Shown one piece after another: positions 12,496 to 24,082 of a stretch of 64,000 nt of DNA. The notes beneath the pieces are model-generated. The model was not told the origin of the DNA. It saw only the letters and a program-made list of their open reading frames with translations, and made no database searches. The stretch comes from Bilabrum cf. latius (Eukaryota): positions 1-64,000 of the forward strand of contig OZ237767.1 of NCBI GenBank assembly GCA_965178125.1, written 5' to 3'. The translations under genes were made by a program, and so were the position numbers. How positions within the stretch are numbered: position 1 is the first letter of the stretch; the number at the start of each line of letters is the position of its first letter.

Positions 12496-12923
12496 GCGAT
12501 GGATGGGGCCATGGTGGCTGTGCTGGGGCACGCAGGTCGGGAGTGGGGGCGATGGATGGGGCCATGGTGGCTGTGCTGGGGCACGCAGGTCGGGAGTGGG
12601 GGCGATGGATGGGGCCATGGTGGCTGTGCTGGGGCACGCAGGTCGGGAGTGGGGGCGATGGATGGGGCCATGGTGGCTGTGCTGGGGCACGCAGGTCGGG
12701 AGTGGGGGCGATGGATGGGGCCATGGTGGCTGTGCTGGGGCACGCAGGTCGGGAGTGGGGGCGATGGATGGGGCCATGGTGGCTGTGCTGGGGCACGCAG
12801 GTCGGGAGTGGGGGCGATGGATGGGGCCATGGTGGCTGTGCTGGGGCACGCAGGTCGGGAGTTGGGGCGATGGATGGGGGCCATGGTGGCTGTGCTGGGG
12901 CACGCAGGTCGGGAGTGGGGGCG
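12496..12923. repeat. 53-bp G-rich minisatellite x8
   Basis: Unit GCGATGGATGGGGCCATGGTGGCTGTGCTGGGGCACGCAGGTCGGGAGTGGGG at 12496, 12549, 12602... Confidence 0.97.
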
Positions 12924-14162
12924 TTGTACACAGCACGCTAATCTCGCAGACAGTCACACATGGTTGCAGTTGGTTTCCTCCGAGAGCCCATCCTCAAAGT
13001 TACCAAAACAAGAAAACTGGCGAACGCTGCCCCTCAGCGCCCGAATAGCACGCGGCTTGATTGCCGCTCGAGTCTAATTGTGACCTCTCAACTTCCACAT
13101 CCGCATGTGGTCGGTGATCCGATCCCCCTGATCCGAGTCACTCGTCACACATGCCCAACCCACACCTGCCCGGCCTGTGCCTCCCCTTTCTATCCGCGTC
13201 ATCAACCCAATGACCCCACCGATCATCTTCTCCTCCACCATTTCCTCCCCCGTTCCGGTGAACCATCGCCCCCCCCTCCCTTTTCTCTACCCTCCCCCAA
13301 CCCCTCGATTCGCCCCCCTCCCCCCACCCCACCCCTGCACTTCTCCCCCCCTAGCTGCTCTCTCTCTCTCCCTCTCTCACACTCCTCCGCATCGCTACAT
13401 CGCATCCGAGCCTGCTCCTCGAGCGGGTCCTGCGCCCACCGAGTGACCTCAATCTCAGAGTACCTACTAGGTACCAGGCCTGGTAGGTACTAGGCCTACT
13501 AGGTAGCTCAATACGACACCGCTCCACAATAGCAAGCATCACGCTGGAGTGCGCGCAGATTTGCGTGTCCCCGGATTCCCATCGGTGCGATTCGCTAGAT
13601 AGGGTTTAGGTAGTCGTTTACAGCGGGGCGTAAGATCACATTGATTTGATTGGGTATACAGGACAGTGATTTAATCTACATTTAGGCTAGATCTAGTACG
13701 CACCAAGTTATATAACCTTGCTTGCATCATAGATCTATCCAAGTTGATGTTCGGCTTGCGACATCAACGTTCCGGGCGAATCAAAAGAAATCCGAACCAG
13801 ACCCATTATAAATGATGCCTGAGCACGCGAAATCTAGCCTCTAAATCTATCGGACGTGGCAAGACGTGACGAAGTCGAGCACTTGCGCCACACCTGTCCG
13901 AGTCTGGCCGGACGGCGAAGAGCATGTGTACCACTTCGTCGAGGAGGAGGGGGCTAGGAGGTTGGGCAATTGAATTGCCCGAACTCCGCCCCTCTATCGA
14001 ACATAGAGAGGGCGTGCACGCTCGGCGAACACATCCGTTGCACAAGTCGCACTTGGTGGCAAGTCAAGTTGTAAACTGCCAACGCAACCCAACCCCTGCG
14101 TGACATTCCCGCGCTCCGCTCCGACATCAACGCCGAACCCCATCAGGCGTCAGGTTTATTAT

Positions 14163-15818
14163 TCACATGCCTGCAGAAGAACCCCTCGAGGCCTCCGCCA
14201 GGGTCTCGAACTCCTTGATGACATCAACGCACCGATCATGACCTCCGTGCTTGGCCGCCTCCAAAGGGGTCACGATGGTACCGTCGGGCATGTGCCCTGG
14301 CAGTGAGAGGCCCCCAGCTAGGTGCCCAACTTTAAGGCGCTTGCTGAGCTCCAGCGGCCTGCCGTCTCTGGCCGCTATGAACACCTTCCCGGCATCCCTG
14401 TGCGCCTCGAAAGCCCGACGAAACTGCACTAATGCAAGTCGAGCTGCGTGTCGATCAGCTTTCTGCAGGAAGTAAGGATGGAACGTCCCAGAAAGCTCAT
14501 CACACTCAAACTTCGAAAAGTCAGCTTCAGACAGGAGCGTGTAGCCTGTCTCGAGGTTGCCGATTTGCTAGCCAAACGCGTCGATTTTGACTTGCAGAAG
14601 CCAGCGCAAAGTCTCGGCGAGGCGGTGCTTGTAAGCGATCATCTCTGGCAGCTGCATCAATGCTTTTGCCCGCCTATGGCTCTCCTTTAGGGCTTTCATG
14701 ACGTCGGCCTCTGTACCCTGTTCATAGTCCAAGAACCTGTCGATCACTGGCTAGGCACTCCCCAGGATGTTTCTGACTTGAGTGACGGGTACCAAGAATG
14801 CTTCTCGAAGTCGCTACTCCTCTCGAAGCGAGGCACAAGCGAAAAATGGGTATTCCCGATGTGATTCCCTTGCTTCCGATCCTGCATCGGTAGAGCCACT
14901 TGCAGCGCCCGGCTTCGATTCACCGTCGTCTCGTGACCCAGCTTCAGCCGACCCACCAGTCGCTGCCGCCGAAGTAGCAGCAGCTTCCCTTACTGCCTCT
15001 GCCGCCTCTCGCACCGCCTCGTACATGGGCGGCATGATTTCATCTTCATGCTCTTCCGTGCTTTGACCAGTGTCGTACAGCTGGACCACCTGAGCGGAAG
15101 CCGCCATAATATCTCTCAGCGATGCATACAGCCGATCAGTCCCGGGAAGGGAGCTTGCAGCGGTGTCATTCTGCATGAGATTGATGAAGCTACTGATCTG
15201 GTCGGCGGGCTGCTCCACGTCCCTGTGACGGTCGCAATCGTTGTTCATGACGGTCTCGATCTCGGCCACGAGGGCGAGGCACTCGTCGAGCCGCACCATG
15301 TAGCTGGTTAGGGCCTGTCCACAGGCGCTACTTGGTGGCTCTGAGTCTGGGTCCACCTTGCCTTCGCCGGCATCGCCACTGATGAACTGTCTTACTAGAA
15401 CCCGATCTTCCCCTTTGGTAATCTTTCCAAGATGGTATGCTACCAACTACTCCTTGGTTTTTAGATCTCCAAGCGGGTTGAAGCTGGCGCCGGCATGAAC
15501 GAGAATGGCGCATGCCGCATGGCTAGTTCTGCTAACCGGGGTCTAAGCATGATCTAACGCCGTTTTGCCATCCTGCGAGTAAGACCGACTGGATCTAGGG
15601 CGCCCTTCGATGGCATGGATGCTTAAGAGAAATTGCAGATATCCTACGTCGCCATGCTAAGTAAATCTTTCTCCGCGTAAGTTCGATGCGAAAGAGGTAC
15701 AAATGCACGCGTGCCTCACTTTGTCCTTTGTCTCCAAGTTGGCGCCGGCCGTAGCTAAAGCTGCAACAAACCCGGCCTAATTGCACTTAGCTGCAAAGAG
15801 CAAAGGCGTCTCTCCGCT
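14163..15818 (-). CDS. Ankyrin-repeat protein (5' end unresolved; TAG read as sense)
   Basis: SGETPLLFAAKCN*AGFVAALATAGANLETKDK|DGKTALDHA across GTGAGG...CGCAG intron 15573-15719; single frame to TGA 14163 with TAGs at 15777, 15543, 15447, 14814, 14751, 14568. Confidence 0.75.
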
Positions 15819-16883
15819 CTGCGCAGTGAGAGCCCGAGTTTCTAAACCAATTTTGACCGGGGGACTCCGCTAACTTGAGCAATGCCGGAAGTTCAACGTC
15901 ACTATTATAATGCTCTTCTTCATCAGTAGCAAGCGCACGGAATACTACCCTCCTAGCTTTTTTCCAAGGCTTCTTTTAAAAACTTAGTGCATCCGGCTTG
16001 CATCACGATCTCCGCCGCACCCACCCATCATAGCTCTGACCCTTGCACTTGAATCGATATCTTCAGGGTAAGTCTCAAAAACAGATTGTTTACAATGTAA
16101 GTCAGCAATAACCGCCTGGAAGTGAAATTGTACTGCTGGTCATGCTAAATTTTGGAAGTACTGCAATCTCTGGGGAGAAATGAATATCTATAATTTGCAC
16201 AGGGCCCTTTATGATTCCAGAGCTGGTATTGCTTTCAACCGGTTTCATATAACAACATTATTATTCTGAGGCTCACTCAATCCTCACTTTGCTCGAACTT
16301 ACATGTGATAGAAAACTTCTAAACATTCTTTCTAATATTGATTGGCGAATTTTGCACTATTATGCTTCATGACAGATTCATACTTACAATAATTTAGGTA
16401 TTGCTTTTTGTCTAAATATTTTGGGAGAAATTCTCATTCGATTCAGGTCAATCCATCAATTCATACAGTTTGGAATATAAGCATATCAAAGGGTACTCCA
16501 AGGTAGGTTTTGTGAGTGATACGATAACGGGCCAAGTAAGAAGCACTCCTGCTCGCATACAAGCATTCAGTCGACCCTTGTACAGGAAGATCAAGCAAAA
16601 CTAGTGGACAAATATATTTATTTGGAAGTTGTACTTCATCAGTTAAACTCAATTATCACAATAGAAAAAAGATTGAGTTTTGCAAGAGCTGCCAAAACCA
16701 AATAAGCAGACGAAAGCAGGAGCTTGAACCTTTGTGTTGCATTTGTTGAAAGATACGACGAGCACATTGCGAATTGACCAAACTCATTTGTGCTGTTCCT
16801 CCATGCATGCGTCCAATACCCAGTTCGTCAGTTTAACTGATCGCCATAAAACCCTGCATCCGCCCTAGGTGTGACACTACTCA

Positions 16884-16981
16884 CCATCCTGGCCCACTGG
16901 CTCCGCATTCCGTCCAGCGCCAGGGACACGTTCGCATGTGCCTGGTAGGTCGCGCTTGCGTTCGAGGCCCACTCCTTCTCG
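16884..16981 (-). pseudogene. ~98-bp diverged copy of NAGLU 3' coding sequence (24328-24425)
   Basis: By-eye alignment, 8 mismatches, fused out of frame to an unrelated ORF fragment (16982-~17415). Confidence 0.8.
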
Positions 16982-17737
16982 GGTTGTATGAATGCCACCG
17001 AGCCTAGCGCCTAAAGCGTTTGTATTTGAGGCACTCGCGTCTCTGGATCCTGCGCCCTGCATGTCAAAGGTATTATCTCGACTAGCGCTGATCTGGCTGG
17101 ACAAAACCGAATCACCGCTGGGTGCTCGTCGCATGGCTGGCGGCAGCACTTCTTTGTCGACCTCTTCCAAGTAGACCTTGACAGTGGACATGGATACTAG
17201 CGGCTTCATCTGGAAAGGATCATCGAGGTCGAGCATAGCTTGCTTGCTTCCTGCCACTCCGAACATGCTAAAAAGCGACTTACGGTCTAGCATCGCCCTA
17301 AGTACGATCTGAACTTGATACTCGTCCCCTGGAGCACCCCCAGGCTCCTTGCAATTTCCCCGTTCAGTAGGATCATGCCGCGGAAATTGCCCCTGGGGCT
17401 GCAGGGCCTGCGACCTGCAATCAACCAGTTGCCGTGGATGCGCACGGGCGTCTGCTCCTACTTGGAGACGGACTATGTCTTGTACATGTACTGTCCGACC
17501 TGCAGGCGGCGCATATTAGAGGTAGTTGTTAGGAGATGATACAACAGGGCTAGTTTAGCCAAGCGTGACGGTAGTGACAGTTATAATCTGCTGCTATCTA
17601 GCTATGGAAAATAGAATAACGGGCAGTATTGTAGCGTTGGACTGTCACTCAGGTCCAAGAAAACTCCTCATCCCCCTTGTACCAGCTCGCCCGATTGTGT
17701 GTAAGTAGAGGCACCCGTGCCCCCTCCGTACCCTGAA

Positions 17738-20700
17738 TCAAGGCTACTAGGGCTTACCGGTAGTCGCTGGAATGCCAGTGGCGGCCGCTTGGGGTGCGTG
17801 CCCCCGCTAGCCCTACATGGGGTTGTGCTGCTCAATCATAAGGACTTGCGGCGCATTTGAGGCCGGACTTGTCGCCTTCTTTGAGCCGCACATGAAATAG
17901 TATGCGACGCCAACCGCCACCACTACTACAGCGACGCTTCCCGCGGTTCCTCCCAAGATCCCGCCGAGCTCGAAGGCACCACCACCGGCGTCAGTGCCGT
18001 CATCACTGGCAGCGTCGTCCGCGGCCGTCGCAGGCTCGTCCACAGGCGTAGAAGCGGTTGACCCGGTGCATGCATCCAGCTCGAAGCCCACGTCATCGTT
18101 CTCTGACATGGTGGCCGAGCCCAGTTCCATCTCATTCACGAGCACGACCCTCGCGAAGCCTAGCGTGGAACTGAGGGGCACATTCGAGAAGTCCATCGCG
18201 ACCTCTCCGAGGAACGCATCGCTTTGGACCTTGCCGGCGTCCATGCCCACGTTTGCCTCACCGCAGGATGATGCGGACTGCTGCAGCCTACGGGGCTGCC
18301 CTACTCCCTTGGAGGACCCAGTATTCAGGTTGCTCTCGAGGCTGCCTCCATTCACCACCTCTTTGGAAGCCGCTTCGGCTAGGCGCCGCCGCCCGCCCAA
18401 GTCGACTTTTTTCGCGCCCACCGTTGAGCTGAAGGAAGTGTATCCTGAGTATGCGCTCGTTGACACGGCAATGGAGAAGTACACGTCCTCGTCCCGACCT
18501 GCATCGTCCAGATCCGCGATAGGCACACTGACGTACCACCCAAAGCTGTCTTTGTCAAAGGAACTGAACACTTCTTCATCCAACAGCTGGGTGTCATCAA
18601 AACCAATCCATCCATCGTTAGCCCATGCACTCAGCTGGATATTGTCGGGGTCACCGCACGAGGAGTCCCCATCCCACGCGAAGTGGACGTCAATCTTGCT
18701 GCCAACTTTGAACAGGTAAGTGATGCGGGGGTTGGATATGCCTGACTCGCACGGAGGGTTGTTGGTGTCCACGTCCATGAGGGTGGACCAAGAAGAGGCG
18801 TCGCTCCAAGTGTTCCGGCGTCCATTCATCTGGACGGAGATGGTAAACTGGACCTAAAGACCGTCGTCGTCAATCTCGGAAGTCGGGATGTCGATGTAGT
18901 ACGAGGTGCCGCTTGTCTTCAGCCGAGAAGTGTAGTCCTTGTTTGTGAAAAGCCTCGTGTCATAGCCGATCGCCATGTCATTTTTCACTGCCGTGACACG
19001 GACCTTGTAGACGTCTCGGCAGATGTTGCCTGTCGACGCCGTAAAGCGGATGCGCACGACATCGGACGACGACAGCTCACTGGTGCTCGTGATGGTTGGC
19101 TTTGGCACATTAGAACTGTGGCACTTGTATGTGAAGAAGGCCGTTTTCGCGCTGTAGGTAGACAAGCTTGTCCCGGACGATGTCGTGACCGCTAGAGCCA
19201 CTTTAACGTCTCGATCGGCTGCAGCATCGAAGTCACTCAGCTTGGCTAGCACGTAGTCGCCGCCGGAGTCAGAGCGAACCTGGTAGCTCTTGCCGGAAAA
19301 CAGCGGCGACTCGAACCCGAGGCTTGTCTCAGACCATGCTGACACACGCACTCCCGTCACAGAGCCACATGTACTCGACGAGTGCGTAAATCGTAACTCC
19401 AGGTAGTTGAAGGCTCCACCGGGAGGGTCATCGGAGTAGAGAGTCTAAGTGATCGATGGAGCCGCAGGAGTGCACGTCGAGCTGCTTCCGCCGCCGTCGT
19501 CGTCGTCGTCACTGCTGCCGCCCAAGTTGACTTCGATCGCGCCCAACGTTGAGCTGAAGGAAGTGTATCCCGAGTATGCGCTCGTCGACACGGCAATGGA
19601 GAAGTACACGTCCTCGTCCCGACCTGCATCGTCCAGATCCGCGATAGGCACACTGACGTACCACCCAAAGCTGTCTTTGTCAAAGGAACTGAACACTTCT
19701 TCATCCATCAGCTGGGTATCATAGAGCCATCCATCGTCAGCCCATGCACTCAGCTGGATATTGTCGGGGTCACCGCACGAGGAGTCCCCATCCCACGCGA
19801 AGTGGACGTCAATCTTGCTGCCAACTTTGAACAGGTAAGTGATGCGGGGGTTGGAGATGCCTCCGTTACACGGAACGCTGCCGTCGTCGTCATCCTGTCT
19901 GGAGCTGCCGCCGTCGTCATCCTGTCTGGAGCTGCCGCCGTCGTCATCCTGTCTGGAGCTGCCGCCGTCGTCATCCTGTCTGGAGCTGCCGTCGTCGTCA
20001 TCCTGTCTGGAGCTGCCGTCGTCGTCATCCTGTCTGGAGCTGCCGTCGTCGTCATCCTGTCTGGAGCTGCCGTCGTCGTCATCCTGTCTGGAGCTGCCGT
20101 CGTCGTCATCAGCTCCGCCCGTTGTCGATGGTGTGTGGGATTCAATCCGACTGATCGCTTTCGCTGGCTCTCCAGGCACGCCGATCTTCGGGGCCAGCTG
20201 CATGCCGGTGAACAAGTCCACAGGGATGAAATCGTAGATCCACAGCGTCAGCAGCGGTCCCACGTCCACCACCGCTCGGCCTGGTGTGACCTCCCCGTCA
20301 TTTGATTGAATGACTGTCAAGGGCCGGAATTCAAAGCCCCAGTCGGCGTCGGCAATGATTGTGCCCCCGTCAACCGCGCGGGACAGCGAGTCGCATCTGA
20401 GCTCCTTCCAGCCACCGTTATCCTGTGCCGTCGAGCAACCCATATTCGCCCAGCAAGTGCCAGAGCTGAAGCATATCGAGACACAGAAGCAATCGTCGGA
20501 TGCCTGCAGTGCATTTGAATAGCTGAAACCCAGCTCAGCGAAGGCAAAGGCAGACGCCCCCACCGTCAGCTTGGTCGGAGCTAGCTGCTGGTTGTTGCCC
20601 CGGGCGGCGATTGACACGTCTGATCCAATTACGATTGGAATGATGCCGACGTTGAAACGGATCGTAGGAAGCTCTATGGGAGCGTGCAAAGGCTCAGCAA

Positions 20701-22611
20701 TTTCGGATCCTCCGGCGTTGGTTAGGTCTACCACCAGATCAGCGTTCACCTCGGCGTCACCCCGAAGCACGACCCGCATCTTGGCCAGGCCTGGGGAGTA
20801 CTCGCTCGGAAATCCGATGGAGTTGACGGCGGTGACTTGGGAATGTCCTGAGAACTCGAACTCGAAGGATGCCTCCACATAGGCGAAGCTGCAAGGTCAA
20901 GGAGAAGGTCAGGCGGAGCACCACGAAAGGCATGCGGTTGGCTACTCTGCACTAAAACCCTGCCCACACTGGTCGGTGATCCTAGCAAACCACTCCGCAT
21001 TCGGAAAATCTACACAGAATTGGCCGCAGAACCAGAAACAATCAAGCGTAGACGCGATGTTGCTGCGCTCGATGTGCATGAACGCGGAAGCTCACGTGTC
21101 CTCGAAGTAAATGATGTCTTGCACCAAGTCGATACGGTCGTTCACGGGGGAATCCACGTCGAAGTCATAATTAAAGCCCCACTGAAAGAGCTGCCATTCG
21201 CAATCATAGTTGAAGTAGGCTGTGGCAGTGCTGATGACAATGCCAAGTCCTTGTTGGTCGCACTCGGAGGCCGTGCGCCGACCGCGGCCCGTGGCCCGGG
21301 AGGTCCTCAGACGCTGCTTGACAGCTGCCGGAGCCTTGTCGACGGTGCCGTGAGCCGCCTTGCTCTATGCATGCTCGGGAACTATTTTAAGTCTGACGTC
21401 AAAAGCATTTGAGGCCATGGAGGGCGGCACCATCTCTGCACGGAGGCGTGTGACCCACAACGTACTCTCTGAGTCGCCAGTCACGCGCTGCGGCTCCGTT
21501 GCCGTTACAACCATGACAGTCTGTCCTTCGGGCAAGCCGGTGCTGTGGCTCTTCTGACCTTTGAGATTCGCATGCAGGCCACCGCTGGTGCCGTATACAC
21601 CGGCACCGAGGCGCTCAGGGCACCCCCATCCCTACTCGAATACGAGAGCCTGCCCGGGCTGAGCTAGGAACGGCAAGACCGAGGTGAGCATCATCTCATC
21701 GCCGCGTCCAGGGCACTCAACAGACAGTACTTCTGGCTTGTCTTCGAGCACGACGGTGTCGTTGCGGAGGACGACGTGGTATTCAACCTCAGAAGAGCCA
21801 ATGCCCGGCGCCTCGAGAGCGGCCGAGTGCAGGTACCTGCCGCCATGCCTCCCTGCCGAGGCCTCAGCCGTCTCGATGGGTAAGGTGCGACGCGCAATGT
21901 GAAGGAATCCGGTGGGAGCAGATGGTTCGAACGCTCTTGCATGGAAGACGGTTGCACGGCGGGAGCCGTCCTGGGAGCTTCTTGCGCCCATCCCGTGCGT
22001 CTCGATGGCGCCTCGCAGCTCTCTCGCATGATGGCTTGATACAGAGCCTTGAGGCACATTGTCGATGTTTGCATGTACAACGGTCACTAATAGGCCCAAG
22101 AGATCGCCAAGGGATCGAATTTGGCTCAGCGAGGCCGTCACGTGGCATGGCTCGGCTTGGCCACAGAGCTCAACCACTGCTCCGTGAAGAGATGCGCGGC
22201 AGCGCGTGGTCTGCGGCACAGAGAAATAACAAGGACAAATTGCAATGGAATTGCAATCGTGGATGACGAGACGCTCTCTGCGTCAGGGGTAAATTCGATC
22301 ATTTCACCCCCTCGCGCTTCGCGCCCCAGAAACAGTTGTAGACTATCTATTGCAGACTATGGCTGCAAACCTGAGCGGCTGACGCGATATCTTACGATAT
22401 TAAGATTTAACACGGAGTCGCAAACCCCTGAGAAGTCTACTATTGGCGATTCTGCGGCCGGCTTGAGGACCACCCCAACTTTTTCGTGGTAGTGCGTATC
22501 GTAAGAGGCCGTACCGGTTATCGTCGTGCTGCCACTCGCCGGAAGGGCCACAACAACAGCAACAAGACATTGTGCTGCGAACGCAGCTGCAAGTATGGTT
22601 GCAACGAGCAT
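17738..22611 (-). CDS. Large secreted/type I membrane surface protein with duplicated ectodomain module (TAG read as sense)
   Basis: Signal peptide MLVATILAAAFAAQCLVAVVVA; C-terminal TM (SVAVVVVAVGVAYYFM); ORF pieces join in frame at TAGs 21632, 21365, 19445, 18854, 17813, 17807, 17747, 17744 (also 22357); introns 21063-21095 and 20889-20969; one unresolved junction near 22150-22350; ends TGA. Confidence 0.75.
19876..20110 (-). repeat. Coding 27-bp tandem repeat x8 (DDDD/GGSSRQ)
   Basis: Repeat visible in DNA and translation. Confidence 0.9.
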
Positions 22612-23026
22612 GGCTGCAATGCGTGTGCCGGATAGTTGCAAGGGTGAAGCGAGCTCGTCTTCATAAAGATCTGGATCGGATCAAGATCTTTTGATCGGAT
22701 CCAGATCAGATCCAGATCTTTGGTGGATCTTCACACACCTGCTTCACACGGACCCTGACCCGGAAATCAACTGCCCATGCCGGGCATATTATCTCCTGCG
22801 ATAATCATAATAATATTAATAAAATAAAAAGTTTAGCATCCGAAATCTGGATGTCCAAAATTAATGGAAGAAGCAGCTACCTGATCCTAACGCCGGATGG
22901 GGTTCGGTGTTGATGCCAGAGTGGGAGCGCGTGAATGTCTCGATTAGGTTCCGATGGCGGTTGCGACCGGGAAGGTGCGACCAAGCCAACGGATTGCTTG
23001 CGATGACGCGCATACCCTCTCTGTGT

Positions 23027-23640
23027 TCAGGAGAGGGGCGGAGATTGGTAATTTTTAAAACAAAATGTAGATGGCGCCGCCAGAGGCGGAACTGCGAAAC
23101 ACGGTCTACGTAACTTGTGTAGTACTAGGAAAATAGTATTTGTAAGACCTCCAATCGAAGAAGGCTTTGTTCCTACCCATGAAACCGCAAAATAGACATT
23201 TTCTTCTGGCGACTGAAGGGATGGTACCCCAGAGCTTGCATGATAGAAGGAGATTTCATGCAAAGTGCCTCCGTGATCGCACTGGCCTGGCACTGCATGG
23301 TGGCAGACCACTAAGACAGGCCCTGTCACCTTGATTGACTGTCCTTCTCTGGATGGGAATCTGCCGCCAGAAAACCGACCCCGAGCTCAGATTTGGAGAC
23401 AAATCATATTTTTGGATGCCACAAGCGTAGGGCCAGCCTCGTTGAATACTCCGCTCACGGGAAGTAGAAGTATGTTTCAAATTGGGAGTCGGAGCGCGCG
23501 GAGAGTTCCGGTTTGATCGGACCGTGGAGAGTGGCCCTGGAATCTGGCACCCTTGTGGGAGCACGCGCAATAACTAGCGCAAAAAGATATAAATCTACGG
23601 CACAAGGTAACTGATACCTAGTACACGAGGCGCACAACGG
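23027..23640 (-). CDS. Possible small spliced gene or gene fragment, unknown
   Basis: ORF 23455-23637 joins ORF 23027-23329 in frame via a GTGAGC...GGCAG intron (~23362-23458); ends unresolved. Confidence 0.3.
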
Positions 23641-24082
23641 ACGTTGTAGCTAAAGTCGCCATCCAGATCAGGCACCTGTGGCGTTGCTAGGAACCATGGC
23701 GGCGCACGTGTCCTGGTTCTCCCCTAGCCGAGGATCAACGCAGCTCCACAGAACCCCGATTCTGCCTGCCCTGTGCTTATCCCCGCTTCTTCTCCTCCGC
23801 TAACCAGTCAGATGCCAACTACCAAACAGGCAGCAGTTCATGCAGACACACATCTTCAGCAGCTAATTTGGATGCATGCAGCAAGTGTCCTCAAGGTGCG
23901 AAAGCTCCTCGAGTCTCTCCATCATCTTGGTCATCGATGATTTCACGGCTTGAATCCGGATACTGGATCGGGATTAATCTGCTGCAGGGTAGGGAAACCA
24001 AGCAAACTTAACAAATTGCAAATTGCAACCCCCGACGGCAACTTCGCACGGAGCAAGCACTCCATGGAAGAAACAAGACATG

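Noticed and set aside
12454-13077. ORFs in all frames across the 53-bp minisatellite
   Set aside because: The unit lacks stops and is not a multiple of 3; artefact
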